Assembly: GCF_006345805.1 (NCBI RefSeq)
Contig: NC_043005.1
Span: 60,512,001-60,576,000, forward strand
Direction of reading: 5' to 3'
Source: Octopus sinensis
Taxonomy: Eukaryota
Length of the DNA stretch: 64,000 nucleotides
Shown: piece by piece, positions 25,387-38,608 of the stretch
How the letters are laid out: every line of letters starts with the position of its first letter
How positions within the stretch are numbered: the stretch's first letter is position 1
Notes under the pieces: generated by a model
The model's input: only the letters and a program-made list of their open reading frames with translations
Database searches by the model: none
What the model was told of the DNA's origin: nothing
Program-made: the position numbers and the translations under genes

Positions 25387-25835
25387 GAGTGAGAGAGCAG
25401 TGCAGGCCATCAAAGTGACACTGGGGTAAAATATATGAAGCCCAGTATACCTATCATGACTATCCATCTGATAAGGGTACAACAGGCACATGCATCACAA
25501 CCATATGTGCGCGACATGGTGATCACCTATCAAGACACACAGCGCATGACCTTGCAGGTGGGGCACAGTTAGAGTTTTCTTTTGGTCGAGTACCCCATCC
25601 TGCTCAAAAGGTCCCTGAATAAGGATTGTTTGAGGATATTGAACAAATCACCCATGTTTCCAAAGGTGAATTATCCAAACCTCTAAGACTTCCTTTCAAC
25701 ACACGGCTATGATGCTCTCCCACCACTTCTGCTTGTGATCAGAGATTCACATATCGTCAGCCACTAAAGGACATGGTCAACTGGTTAAGATGAAGAAATT
25801 GACAAGCAAATCTGTGGTACTGAGCAGAATATTCT
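25387..25835 (-). mobile_element. 3' end and long 3' UTR of an R4/Dong-like element ending in (TAA)n
   Basis: Minus strand starts KNILLSTTDLLV (cf. QKIVLISTAHIL terminal motif) and runs into the TAA tract ending at 25386. Confidence 0.55.
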
Positions 25836-25989
25836 TATCACCTCTGCACTGATCAGCCGTCTATATCGGACCAACCGCAATGCTTCCGGTTGATCCCACT
25901 AACTGCCATATTTGTGTGTCATTGACCTATGTAATGGATTGAAAAATAGAGGATATGTGTCTTACAATTGCACATTGAAATCTTGCTGT

Positions 25990-26601
25990 GTCTACAATTT
26001 TAAAGATCAAACAAAAATCTCGTAGGCTTTAGCGATTTGTATGGTGAGTATTTATTTCCATTTTTCCATCTGCTGTTTTTAAATGAAATGTGACAATTTT
26101 GCGAATGCAACAGTAGTAGGTTTTCTCCTATCAATTTTTGTATATGCTGAATATGCGACGACAGATTGTGTAGATCGGATGTCAGACTAGATTCCAGAAA
26201 CATAGATAAAAGCACTCAAAAAAATATTTTATTCGCTATGCGTTGTGAGCGTGCGAATGTCACTGTCGCCGATAATGTTTGACAAAAGAATCGACAACAT
26301 AATGTTTTGATTTTTTACAATGGAAATGTCAAAGGCTTCTTTTATTTCTTTTAAAGTTGTAAATATTCTCCTCTTTTATATTTGTGTTCTGTATGAGACA
26401 GTGTTGATTTTAATTTTTTTTCTTTTTTAGGTGGAATAGATGACGGTTTCAGTGACATTGCTTTCAGAAAGCAGAATAAGTACAGGAAAAAATACTTGTC
26501 TAAAATGACTTTCATTTTTATCCAAACAATGCACAAATAAACTTTCAAAAGTCTTCGAATAAGCAAAAACAATATTCTTTTCCATGCAGTCATATGAATA
26601 C
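25990..26601 (-). pseudogene. Channel exon remnant: repeat II S4, S5, pore, S6 and C-linker
   Basis: TTTCAG acceptor; S4-like WKRILFLLIRRLLKVY; after a frameshift, pore-like SNIIGDSDIRTLTTHSE*NIFL (cf. TIGYGDI...E..F) and C-linker LSHFI*KQQM..IAKAYEIFV*. Confidence 0.7.
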
Positions 26602-26861
26602 CTGAAACTAAAACAAACGAGTAAAATCAGGCGGAATAACTATTGCTTTAAAATACAGAATCCCATACAGTTATACGAAGAGAATATGTCAGATCCAAAT
26701 TTCAGATGATGGAGATTATGATGATAATATTAGAGGTGGAATGTTTATTGAGATACACAACGCTGAGACACATTGTTTACTGCCTATGATGTAAAGTACA
26801 TACATCTTGATACTCGTTATATTTCGTTTATCATTCCCAAGACCTTATAATGGTAATTATG

Positions 26862-27088
26862 GTTTCAAAGTTTGGTACAAGATCAGCAATGTCGGAGAAT
26901 AGGGTAAGTCGATTTCATCGACCCCAGTGCTCAACTGATGCTTATTTTTTCGAGCCCAAAGGATGAGAGGCAAGGTCGAGCCTAACAGATTCGACCCCCA
27001 TGGCATTTTAATTCAGAACGCAGGGACGAACGAAAATGCTGCGAAGCAGTTTGCCTGGCGTGCTAAAGGTTCTGCTAGCTCGCCGCTT
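26862..27088 (-). mobile_element. SINE copy
   Basis: Reverse complement of the family consensus; ends TCTGCTAGCTCGCCGCTT. Confidence 0.8.
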
Positions 27089-27122
27089 TACACTATGGTA
27101 GTAATAATAATAACAGTAATTA

Positions 27123-27163
<41 letters not shown>

Positions 27164-27174
27164 AACTACTATAT

Positions 27175-27492
27175 ACCACACATGTGGAACAGACCTCTTC
27201 GGAATATATGGGGAGAGGATCGAAAGTGTGATGCACATTGTCAGTGTTTGTGAAAGTCTTGCGCAGAAACAGTACAAGCGAAAAAAACAAGTTAGCTGAA
27301 AACCTTCACTGACTTCTATGCCGGAAGTAACGGGTGCTTGGTACCAACATACACCAGAAACGATAAGGCGGCGAGCTGGCAGAAACGTTAGCACACCGGG
27401 CGAAGTGCTTAGCGGTATCTCGTCTGCCGTTACGATCTAATAATAATAATAATAATAATAATAATAGTAATAGTAATAGTAATAATAATAAT

Positions 27493-27533
<41 letters not shown>

Positions 27534-27904
27534 ATTGACAAATAAAGCAAACTATGCGGGATCATAGATATAGCATGCCAGCTGACGACAAGTTATGCGA
27601 TAAGGAAGAAAGAAAAGTCGATAGCTATGACAGGTTAGCTTGGGACGTTAATCAGTTGTGGTCGATGAAAAAGTTAGTAGTAGTATCAATAATTGTCAGC
27701 GCCCTGGGAACAGTGATTAAAAGTTTTGAGAACTACATGGAATAAATAGGGGCTGCAATAATGGGGGGAAAATTTGCAGAAAATAACACTTCTTGGAACC
27801 GCTCGAATACACCGGAGGTGCTCGAAAAATATGTGTTACCTTAGTTCAATGGCACGGAAGAACTGACACCGTAGTACATTTCCAGCGTTAGAAGCTGTGC
27901 AAAG
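27175..27904 (+). mobile_element. R4/Dong 3' fragment interrupted by a SINE head and microsatellites; ends in (TAA)n
   Basis: ERIESVMHIVSVCESLAQKQYKR..WYQHTPE, then IIDIAC..KEERKVDSYDRL..LWSMKK..IVSALGTV; terminus GCTGTGCAAAG-(ATA)n. Confidence 0.85.
27366..27437 (+). mobile_element. SINE 5' head fragment nested in the Dong element
   Basis: GGCGGCGAGCTGGCAGAAACGTTAGCACACCGGGCGAAGTGCTTAGCGGTAT. Confidence 0.85.
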
Positions 27905-27924
27905 ATAATAATAATAATAATATT

Positions 27925-27979
<55 letters not shown>

Positions 27980-28444
27980 TTTTAATAGGATTGACATAAC
28001 TCTTCGCAAAGTTAAACACTCGAGACGAAGCGCGCCATTCGATTGTAATAGATATTTTATTGGTTGAATGATATTTCGACTGTAAGCCTGTCTTTGTCGA
28101 GTACAAAAGAAGAAATGATAAATACAAAATTATAGAAATTTAAATTTAAGGTATGAACGAGAGCAACCAGCCTTCACACGTTGATGGAATGACATCATCA
28201 GTCTTTAAGTTTCAATTTTTATTAACAGGTGAAACGAAGAAGACAAGAGAAAAAGACGGAAATAAAGACAGCAAGAAAGAGGAGTGAAAAAAAGGAAAAA
28301 ACGAAAAGAAAATGAAGAATTCAAAACTACTTTATTTCATGTCTCCATGTACCCTACCTGAATATGTTTCTATCTCCCTATTGAGAAGATTTTTCGTGTT
28401 CCTTTAAGAAAGATTAATGAAATATTATTCATTTTATACACATA

Positions 28445-28721
28445 ATCAATGTGCCTTCCATGCTGTCAGTAAACCAGTGAGAAATATCAACCTCTTATAA
28501 TATAGGTCCCTAGTAGATATGGGTGAGGTGATGTGGATTCCTTCCCCTCTCTGGTAAATAGTACAATCACTCTATTAAATGCAGAAAGCGGGATCTCAGG
28601 GTTTTGTGCGATTTTACGCTATGTACTCCTTCAGAATGACCCACAATACTGCCTCTTTGAAATTGGGACAGTTCCAAGGCCCCTATTGTACATGACATGA
28701 TTAAACAGTCACATATAGAAT
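28445..28721 (-). pseudogene. Channel exon remnant: repeat II S1-S3
   Basis: TTTTATGTTTCAG acceptor; after a frameshift, GEGIHITSPISTRDLYYKRLIFLTGLL (cf. G..+T.P...R..Y.K..F..DLL). Confidence 0.55.
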
Positions 28722-28769
28722 CTGAAACATAAAAAAATGCCAATTAATATAAAATGTAAACCTCTATCA

Positions 28770-28934
28770 GTTAGAGTCAACATAAAACGATGTTTTATGT
28801 GGTGTCTATATGGTGGGCAAGATAGGCAAGCAATGAACAGTAAGTATAAACACTCATTTATACTAGACGATATTCTATCACAACACTTGCTTTTTGCTTC
28901 AAAGGATACAAATTATCATGCGCTCCATGGACAT
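28770..28934 (-). pseudogene. Channel exon remnant: CNBD I C-terminal part
   Basis: CACAG acceptor; V*MSVYTYCSLLAYL resembles the CNBD VRA.T.C.LL.L motif. Confidence 0.5.
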
Positions 28935-29134
28935 CTGTGATTCGTAAACTCTTGCATATTTTATAAACAGTACAGAATGTAGAAGTGGGAAATGGTGAAG
29001 AGTATTGCACTAACTTTAACATAACGCTGTAGCTTTATATAATATAGTAACTAGTTACATGCGAATGAGAAAACACTTTTAAAGGAAATTCAACTCAGTG
29101 GTTTCCACCTAATTACACACATATGTATGTATTC

Positions 29135-29166
<32 letters not shown>

Positions 29167-29469
29167 ATGTGTATATTTACTTATTTATTTATTTATATAT
29201 TTATATACACACACACATACATAAAGAATATCGATTTCTGATTTAGCCATGGAATGATATTGCATAAACATTAAATTGTGACGAAGTATATATGAAATGA
29301 ATACGTTGACTCAGTATGGGAATATTTATATAGGGGACTCTTGCAAAAACTTAATGGATCTTTTCAAATTAAAAATGTTTATAAATTCTTCTTTAAGCTT
29401 AGAAATAATTCAGTGAAACAAATTCTAAGATATGATGTTTTGATGGCTTATACAGATGAAAATATTTCC

Positions 29470-29811
29470 ATAAAATACATTTTCCATGGAAGATGGAAGC
29501 TTTTGATTAATTCATACATTTTCGTTGTTAAACCTTTTACTGAGAACGTCTCCCGGAAGCTTATATTCGTGCAATATCGTAAATTATTCCAACTAAAAGC
29601 ACAAAAAATGCCACCCAAAATCTGTTTTTCACGCACACACTGCTTGTGAAACCTTTTAAAATTGTACCGTAGTAAAACGTGAGAAATTTTTTCTTTTCTT
29701 CTCAATAAAAGAAGATCATTTGCAATTTGAAATCTATCCTCGGTTTTTGCGTATTATGCCTTTGGATATCTTTCATAAAGCATCATTACGTTGTTTAAAT
29801 AATATTTGTAA
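29470..29811 (-). pseudogene. Channel exon remnant: C-linker/CNBD I start
   Basis: CAG acceptor; one frame reads LQILFKQRNDAL*KISKG..KVSQ..EYKLPGDVLSKR, with the CNBD PGD motif at 29542-29559; multiple stops. Confidence 0.6.
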
Positions 29812-30214
29812 CTGATACACCTCATGCCCTATATTTAGAATGTAAGGTCAATTATAATTAATTTCTTACTTTGACTGATACAATTGTTTTCTATAAGATA
29901 ATAAAAGGATATTTCGTCACTGAAAAATGTCTATCGTTTATTCAAAATATATTAATATCAGCTGATAACTACTTTATTTTACATACATTACATTTCACTT
30001 AAAATTGGCTAGTTGTTCAGTCAAATAATTAGAGTTTACCAGATTGACTCTCAGAGTTATAAGTAATCAGTTTTATCTATATACTTCTTATAATTTTGAC
30101 TATATATGTATAACATAGACTGTTTTTCAAATGAGTCTTAAAAACGAAATTTCTGAAAAATTTCCTGTATACTCTCTAGGAAATTATATATGACCAGTAT
30201 TAAAATTACATTAA

Positions 30215-30440
30215 TATTCAAATCTTGTATAATAAATAGCATTTCGGTTCAAAAACTGACGAACTAATGTTCTGTATCTCTCCATATCATGTTTATCATT
30301 GGCATTACAGAGTACATGTGATGGAGACATAAATTTCATTTTCTTAATGAAAACAATCCCAAGTAGTTCTCTAGAAAAATATAGCGATGTATTCGGCGAA
30401 AAGACTGGCATGCGAAAAGACCGAGATTACTGGCTACTCG
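30215..30440 (-). pseudogene. Channel exon remnant: repeat I S6 to C-linker
   Basis: SRELLGIVFI..SHVLCNANDKHDMERYRTLVRQFLNRN resembles S6 plus L.NA...R.....+..FL. Confidence 0.5.
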
Positions 30441-30759
30441 CTAAATATTTCAAAGGTGAAGTTTCTAAACATGACGCTTCAAATAACATTAAAAACATTA
30501 CTGAGGTGACTACACTTTAGTTATAATAAGGTTAGAGCAGCTCTGTTTAGGGGAAATAGACTAACATTCCTTTCTACAGGGCAAAAAAACAACGCATAAT
30601 TTTCCGTGCAGATTCAAAGTCTCAGAAGTACGATAAACCATTTTGACCTGATTAGATTCATGAATTAGTACGTGTAATGAAACCTATGAATATTACATAT
30701 TTTTTAAAGTTTGATAATACACAGGCAAGTATAATCTATAATAACCTCGGGTCAGCCAA

Positions 30760-30793
<34 letters not shown>

Positions 30794-30819
30794 TCGTGTG
30801 TGTGTGTGTGTAGATATCT

Positions 30820-31196
30820 GGAGGCGCAATGGTCCAGTGGTTAGGGCAGCGGACTCGCGGTCATAGGATCGCGGTTTCGATTCCCAGACCGGGCGTTGTG
30901 AGTGTTTATTGACCAAAAACACCTAAAGCTCCACGAGGCTCCGGCAGGGATGGTAGTGATCCCTGCTGTACTCTTTCACCACAACTTTCTCTCACTCTTC
31001 CTTCCCGTTTCTGTTGTACCTGTATTTCAAAGGGCCCGCCTTGTCACTCTCTGTGTCACGCTGAATATCCCCCAGAACTACGTTAAGGGTACACGTGTCT
31101 GTGGAGTGCTCAGCCACTTACACGTTAATTTCACGAGCAGGCTGTTCCGTTGATTCGGATCAACCGGAACCCTCATCGTCGTAACCGACGGAGTGC
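30820..31196 (+). mobile_element. tRNA-derived SINE, full length (second family)
   Basis: tRNA-like head with A box TGGTCCAGTGG and B box GGTTTCGATTCC, then about 300 bp of non-tRNA body; flanked by dinucleotide repeats. Confidence 0.85.
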
Positions 31197-31221
31197 TTAG
31201 GAAGAGTGTGTAAATATATGC

Positions 31222-31365
<144 letters not shown>

Positions 31366-31378
31366 TGTATATATATAC

Positions 31379-31420
<42 letters not shown>

Positions 31421-31738
31421 TGAAATAGAAAGATAAATAATCTTTTTGCAGATTAATCAAAAGTTTAACCGATACCTTGGTAGCAAAAATCACAGCAGAA
31501 GACAACCATATGGTGTTCCGCATTACATATAACGCCATTGAAATACCGACATCATAGATTTATGGAAGAGAAATTCAGAAACATATACAACAATCAGTGA
31601 GAGGATCAAACGCCTGGAAAAAATACGGCAGAAATAAGAATTAGCATTCTTGTACTACATATGCACACGCATGCATACACATACAAAATGCAATAAAACG
31701 ATTTCTGTTCAATCTTCGTTCAACTCCATTTCTTCAAT

Positions 31739-31773
<35 letters not shown>

Positions 31774-32029
31774 GCGTATGTATATATAATAAGCAAAGTA
31801 GCTAATTAGAAAATCTCAATTAGAGATGAAAGTAGTAACTACACTGAGAAGTAATGTTTATCGCCATATCAATATGGTTATTCTATTCGAATTGGTGATA
31901 CTATCGATTTTACCCCCAATCGGATCATTCTATCGCGCTCGATATATATTGCGAACTCCCTACGATTTTCTAGCAGACGACAGTATCACCAGACCGTACA
32001 CACACACATAAATATATACATACACATCT

Positions 32030-32341
32030 TTTTACGTGTCGGTGGCACGTAAAAAGCACCATCCGAATCGTGGCCGAAGCCAGTGCCGCCTCGACTGGCT
32101 TTCGTGCAGGCGGCACGTAAAATGCACCAATCCGACCGTGGCCGATGCCAGCCTCGCCTGGCACCAGTGCAGGTGGCACGTAAAAAGCACCCACTACACT
32201 CACGGAGTGGTTGGCGTTAGGATGGGCATCCAGCTGTAGATACATTGCAAGATAAGACCGGAGACTGGTGCAGCCTTCTGGCTTCCCAAATCCCCGCTCG
32301 AACCGTCCAACCCATGCTAGCATGGAGAACGGACGTTAAAC

Positions 32342-32372
<31 letters not shown>
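32030..32372 (+). mobile_element. SINE 3' portion with internal tandem units and RTE-like tail ending (GAT)n
   Basis: Three GGTGGCACGTAAAAAGCACC-type units; core GGTTGGCGTTAGGATGGGCATCC; tail AACCCATGCTAGCATGGAGAACGGACGTTAAACGATGATG. Confidence 0.8.
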
Positions 32373-32374
<2 letters not shown>

Positions 32375-32399
32375 CTGTGTGTGTGTGTGTGTGTGTGTG

Positions 32400-32610
32400 T
32401 GCATCTTTATGTCTCTGTTTAACCAACACCACCGCATGACAATTGGTTCTGGTGTGTATTTCCGCTGCAGTTCGGCTAAAGAAACCGCTAGAATAATTAA
32501 TATGCCTAAAACAACAATTACTTGGGTCGATTTGTTTGATGAAATTACTTCCAGGCGGTGTCCCGGTATAGCTGCACTCTAAAGACTGCAACAACTTAAA
32601 GATAAAATAT
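32400..32610 (+). mobile_element. SINE fragment with CR1-type tail
   Basis: GGGTCGATTTGTTTGA..GGCGGTGTCCCGGTATAGCTGCA..GACTGCAACAAC. Confidence 0.65.
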
Positions 32611-33191
32611 AACGCTAAAAGATAATCAAAGTATTCCAAACGGCACAGTTGCCAAAGTAGATTAAATCAATCCCACAAAATTGCCATTTTATTCCCGATT
32701 TATATTTAATGATCCACTGAATATCATAAATATCAGGAATTTGTACACATTAGAAGACATTTATTTTGGCAAAGATACAAAATCTTTGAAATGACCACAC
32801 CTAAAACACTCGAAGGGTTAATTCCAAAGGAATGAATTTCAACAAATGGGTTACATTGTAATTCAATCAAATAGCAATGCCAACAAATTTTAATGGGATC
32901 CGTTGTTTAAGAAAACCGACTCTACGGTCATTTAGACTGCGAAATATTGAGCAATTTATTGTTATTTAAATAGTGTTATATACGTCGTTGGCTGTGTTCC
33001 GCATTACACATAACGCCATTGAAATACCGACATCATAGATTTATGGAAGAGAAATTCAGAAACATATACAACAATCAGTGAGAGGATCAAACGCCTGGAA
33101 AAAATACGGCAGAAATAAGAATTAGCATTCTTGTACTACATATGCACACGCATGCATACACATACATTCACACACATGCACACACTCACAC

Positions 33192-33247
<56 letters not shown>

Positions 33248-33787
33248 GATAATACATGCATGACTGTATTTAATGATTTCCGTCCCGCTATATGGAACTT
33301 AATTAAGTTCCGAATTCAAAATCCGCCGAGATTGACATTGTCTTTTATCGTTTGGGTATCAGTGCAAACGATTTATCCTCTAAAATTGATGGCTTTGTGT
33401 GAAAATTTGAAACCAATATTATGGACATACGTTAAGAAAAAATATTTAAATATAACACAAAACATAAAAATAGCTCAAGACCAATCTATATTTACTCAAT
33501 AGCTAAATGAATATTTTTATACAGCCGAGTAGTAGCAGCTAAATCACACACAATATTTAAGTATGGTTATCTAGAAACTAACTAACGGTAATATGTCTGT
33601 ACAAAAAGTATTATAAAAGATATGTGGTTTTAAAATGAGCCTGAATAGATAATGTAAAATTATCTGTTATGAAATGTTCATAGAAAAAATAGATATATAT
33701 TTTATCATATTGCCAAAGCCAAATTACCTAACATTAGAAAGAAAAAAAATCATTGAATACTCAAACGTCACATATATATGTGCATAT

Positions 33788-33859
<72 letters not shown>

Positions 33860-35121
33860 GTAGATAGATAGACAAATACATACATGCATACGTACATACA
33901 TACACATACATATCTACATGCATGGATACGTATATACATATATACATATATAATTTGGAAAATAAGTCATATATACATATATAATTTAGAAAATAAGATG
34001 GGGGGGGGCGAATCGCTTCTGTTCCAGATTTGAAGATCCAGCTTGTGTACTAAATTGTGCTTTGCTCTTACACAAAATCCTCACTTTTCTTTTCTTTTCT
34101 CTTCTTTTTTTAATATTTTGGTGTTGTTTCAGTAACGACGAATTGCACTATTTCACACTTCTTAGTAATCATTAGGGCAGTTTAACACGTGATACAATTT
34201 AGTTACGTTAAATATGTAAAATTCAACCTCCTACGATGTTGTAGATTATTATACACACAAACACACGCGCAAGCACACACATATACACACACATACACAC
34301 AGCTATCATAGATTAGCGCAAAATTGGTGTTTCAGGTTTAGAATTTGTATTATTACATGGTAAATTACATAAGATATCCGTGATAAAACTCTTTTGTGGA
34401 TTATCAACGCTTGTATGACCCAAAGGCTGAATTCCGATTTTCTTTTTGATCTAGTTTAGAGAAGGATTATACAACCATCTATGTAACGATCACAACTTAA
34501 CATACTACTGAACGCTTGTGATATTTTATCTTATATAATTTACTTGACTACAGCCATGCTCTAGCACCGTCTTAAAGGTTTTAAATGAATAAATTGTTCA
34601 TTTGCAGTTGGGTAGGGTGTTGTGATGATATTACTCCAGTACCATTTTCTGTTGATATTTGTATATAGTCTGAGTTGCTAAATTACTGAAACATCTAAGA
34701 ATTGAAATGCTAAAGGAAGTTAATTATGAACGTCTACTTATTGCAGGCCAGTAGAAACAGTCGACCCCTTTGTGTTGTTGCAGGCCAGTAGAAACAGTCG
34801 ACCCCTTTACAGTTGCAATAAAAGTGAGCGGTATAATTAAAACAAATACAAAACTTTTGCTATAACAACTTAAGATTTAAAAGCAGATATCATACACTAG
34901 TGAACGAATTTTTTGAAAAGGCAGTGAAGTAACTTGTCCTACAGCCATATATCGTAAACTCAAAATCCACTTGTTGCAGTTTTCCAATGAAATAATATTT
35001 CTTCTGCTGTACATAAATTGTACTGCCTATAGCTAGTCACCCAAATAAGAATTCGCTTTAAATTGTGCAATCCATACTAATTTAAATGTGCATTAGTGTC
35101 TCTTTTCTCTCCATTTCTCTC

Positions 35122-35600
35122 AAATGGAGAGAAATGGCAGGTGCGTCAGTTGTTGTTTGCTGATGATACAACGCTGGTGGCGGATTCGGAAGAGCAACTG
35201 AGGAGACTCGTGATAAAGTTTGGAAGAATGTGTAAGAGGATAAAATTGAAAGTGAATGTAGCTAGGAGTAAGGTAATGAAATGTTCGAGAGATGGAATGG
35301 CTGGTAGGATGAATGTGAGTATAAATGGTTGGATGTTAGAGGAGGTGAATGTTTTTATGTATCTGCGGTCACATGTCACGTCGGATGGTAGGGTTGGCTG
35401 AGGAATTGGGATAAAGAGCGAGGGAAGGAAGAAAGATACTTTGAGTTGTGAAAGATATGCTTAGAGATATAAGGATGGGTATGAAAGTGAAAAAATGATG
35501 TGTATAAGGGCATGATTGTGCCGACAATTATATATGGTGCAGAGACGTGAGGTCTGAGAGAGGCGGAAAGAAGATGACTAGATGTCTTTGAGCTGATGAA
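35122..35600 (+). mobile_element. RTE-clade LINE RT fragment
   Basis: QLLFADDTTLVADSEEQLRRLV..LKVNVARSKVM..EEVNVFMYL; later VPTIIYGAET. Confidence 0.85.
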
Positions 35601-36492
35601 TCTTGGAAAGCCTAGACCTGGGTACAGTTGCTGACACATACACATAAGCACACTCAAACACACGGTGTCGAAATTATACCCTATCTACATCTCACGTGTC
35701 TTTAACCGTTTTTTAGTATGATATGATCATGAAACTGTGAATTTGATATTTCTCACTGTATCACATGAATATTCATCTCCATAGACAGTGAAATATCTAA
35801 ATCCCTGCCCTGCATCTGTATCGACATTGATCTTGTCTACTTTGAAATTAAGCCATAAACTTCAAAGCAATATATATTTCTTAGAAATATTATACCTCTA
35901 AATTCATTTGTTGTAGTTATTATTGTTCAAATCCATGTTATCGGTGACCAAATATACATTTTATCAATGGTCTTTTAACCTTAACGATGATTCTGTATTT
36001 TTTCTATAGAAGAAACTATTCTGGGCATACTAACGTCCTTTATTGAAGATCATACAATATGATAACTAGTAAGCAGCTGATATTTTAGGTACATATACCA
36101 AGCAGTATATAATTAAAAGCGATGATGTCGTGTAGGTGTAGGTTATACGAAAATATTTCATTATTTTTGTCTATTGAGGGTGATGTCTTCTATTCGTTTA
36201 GCGCTGAAACTTAAACAAAAGATAATACAATTATATTACTGAGTCATCTCCATATAATTCGGTCATGTGTGTTCTGAAATGAATCAATATAATGTTTCAT
36301 AAACATATAAAGTTATTCATAGGAGGAAGAATATTAAATAAATTTAGAATTACCAAATATACACGTCGATAATAAAACTAGCTTACGAACACACACATCA
36401 TACACATACATACACATACACGCACACGCAAATATATATACATGTACGTGTGTATGTTCGTACATGTACGTGTGTGTGTGCTTGTAAGTATG

Positions 36493-36532
<40 letters not shown>

Positions 36533-36533
36533 C

Positions 36534-36580
<47 letters not shown>

Positions 36581-36655
36581 GTAAGAGAAAGGGAGGAATT
36601 TCGATTATATAACCGAATCATATGGAGATGACTCATTAATCGTAATTAATTTCTG

Positions 36656-36761
<106 letters not shown>

Positions 36762-37329
36762 CTCTGAGTACTGATGTACTGAAAACGTTCACGTAATATA
36801 TACCCGTTTTATTACACTATCATCCCATCTCTACAGATGCCTTCATTCCTATTAACCTTCCTCTTCTAACCTCTCTCAGATCATGAATTAATGTTCTATA
36901 GTAAACTTCATACAGATTATAAGTGATATTTTGATTTTAATTCGAGTTTTTTGTCTTGAACTCTATAATTATGAGTGTTGCTTAGACGCCTTTTCATGTT
37001 ACCTCGCGTCGACAAATATCATTCCTGTCAGTGTCTATCTACTGCTGAGTAGAACCATCATAATATCATATTTTAGACATAGAATTGATTATCACTTTGT
37101 GACTCACATTTGTTAAAATTTGAATATTTCCAGATTTCCTGTTTCACATGAAATAGTTTTTATTTCATTCAGTTGAGCGCCATATAATAATAAAAATATT
37201 CGAGCGAAATGAATTTGCCATTACATTTCGATTTCAGATCTCAACCATTTAACATAATGTAGCCTTTAAGTGGCTTTAGGAAAACTCTAAAGCTTAAATT
37301 ACTTCCATTTGAAATCCAAGTGAGGTATC

Positions 37330-37784
37330 GAACATAAAATAACAAATCCTTTTTAGTGATAATATCCCTGAAATTAAATTTTACTGTCTTTTCCATTCAT
37401 CCATTCTGTATAATCGATGAAATATGCATTCGATTACAACGTTCAATTCAACACATCACACACGCTATCAAACTTGGCTACCGTAATTCAAGGTTCAGTA
37501 ATAATCTTTTTGCACATTTTAATGTCATTCTCACAGTTAATTCTCAAAAAGCTTCTTCATGTAGATTTTTTTTTTACCGACTCTGGCGGTAACCATACAA
37601 TCCATGAACACATCAGAACTGAGGTACACTACTTTCATAAACGACTACTTTTTGTAATGCTGTAATGCCTGCGCGGATCTAGACAATTTCAGTAATAAAA
37701 GTCTCAATGACGCATCTCATGCAAAACTTGGAATTAGGAACAACTCTCGAATACCACCAATGTGTCCTAACTTGGCTGCACATT
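37330..37784 (-). pseudogene. Channel exon remnant: repeat I S2-S5
   Basis: AACAG acceptor; ALQHYKK*SFMKVVYLSSDVF (S3-like); after a frameshift in an A10 run, ST*RSFLRIN (S4-like W..LR+N). Confidence 0.55.
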
Positions 37785-38248
37785 CTGTTATGGTCTTTTA
37801 GAGAGTAATTACATAGATAATATTGCAGAACAACAAAGAAATCGTAAAAACTTTTCATAGAATCAGGAATCTACAATACTGCTCACTTGATAACTTAATG
37901 CAATGTTAAAATATCTCAAGAATCAGTGCATTGCTGACACATAGGTGAGGGTACTGTTGATACATAATTATCGTACAGTACATGCGAACATAAGTCATAC
38001 GAAAAGGAAAACCACGTTACACACTTCCTTACACTGACATTCTTAATCTCTCAGTATTTTCTAGCAAATTCAAAATAGTCTACGCTACTCACAATTAGTT
38101 ACGTACACCTTTCACTTAAACCCTTTGCATCCACACATATTTCCTTCTGTCATCTTACAATGCTTTACAATTCAAAATTCAAACTAAACTCAGTACTGCA
38201 TTCTATCTCACTTTAAGCCTTCAATGAATGTAATCTCTGTTTCTTCAC

Positions 38249-38436
38249 CAATTTTCTTTTCTTTTTCTTTTTGAAATATTTTCATCAAAGTGATAGGTGC
38301 ATCGTTCATCAATGTTTCTGATGTCCGTTAACACAGCGTCTGCAAATATCATGGCCGCTAGTCATCTTTTGCTTATTATCTTACGAAAAACCCAACGTCT
38401 GTATAGAGTCTGATACTGATGGAGAAATAAGACTTG
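38249..38436 (-). pseudogene. Channel exon remnant: repeat I S1
   Basis: TTATTATAG acceptor; VLFLHQYQTLYRRWVFRKII..*LAAMIFADAV (cf. +IHP.S.FY..W S1 entry). Confidence 0.5.
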
Positions 38437-38531
38437 CTATAATAAATATATAAATATGAACATTACTCTAACTTTTCTAAAAGAAATTAAGTTCATGTTT
38501 TCATTTAGCATATATATGTGTGTGTGTATAC

Positions 38532-38608
<77 letters not shown>

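Larger units (their letters stand above)
31513..33166 (+). repeat. 173-bp direct duplication (31513-31685 and 32994-33166)
   Basis: Two copies of GTGTTCCGCATTAC..CATACACATACA; one mismatch seen. Confidence 0.95.

Noticed and set aside
30820-30895. tRNA gene
   Set aside because: It has A/B boxes but no proper acceptor stem or terminator, and continues into a SINE body.
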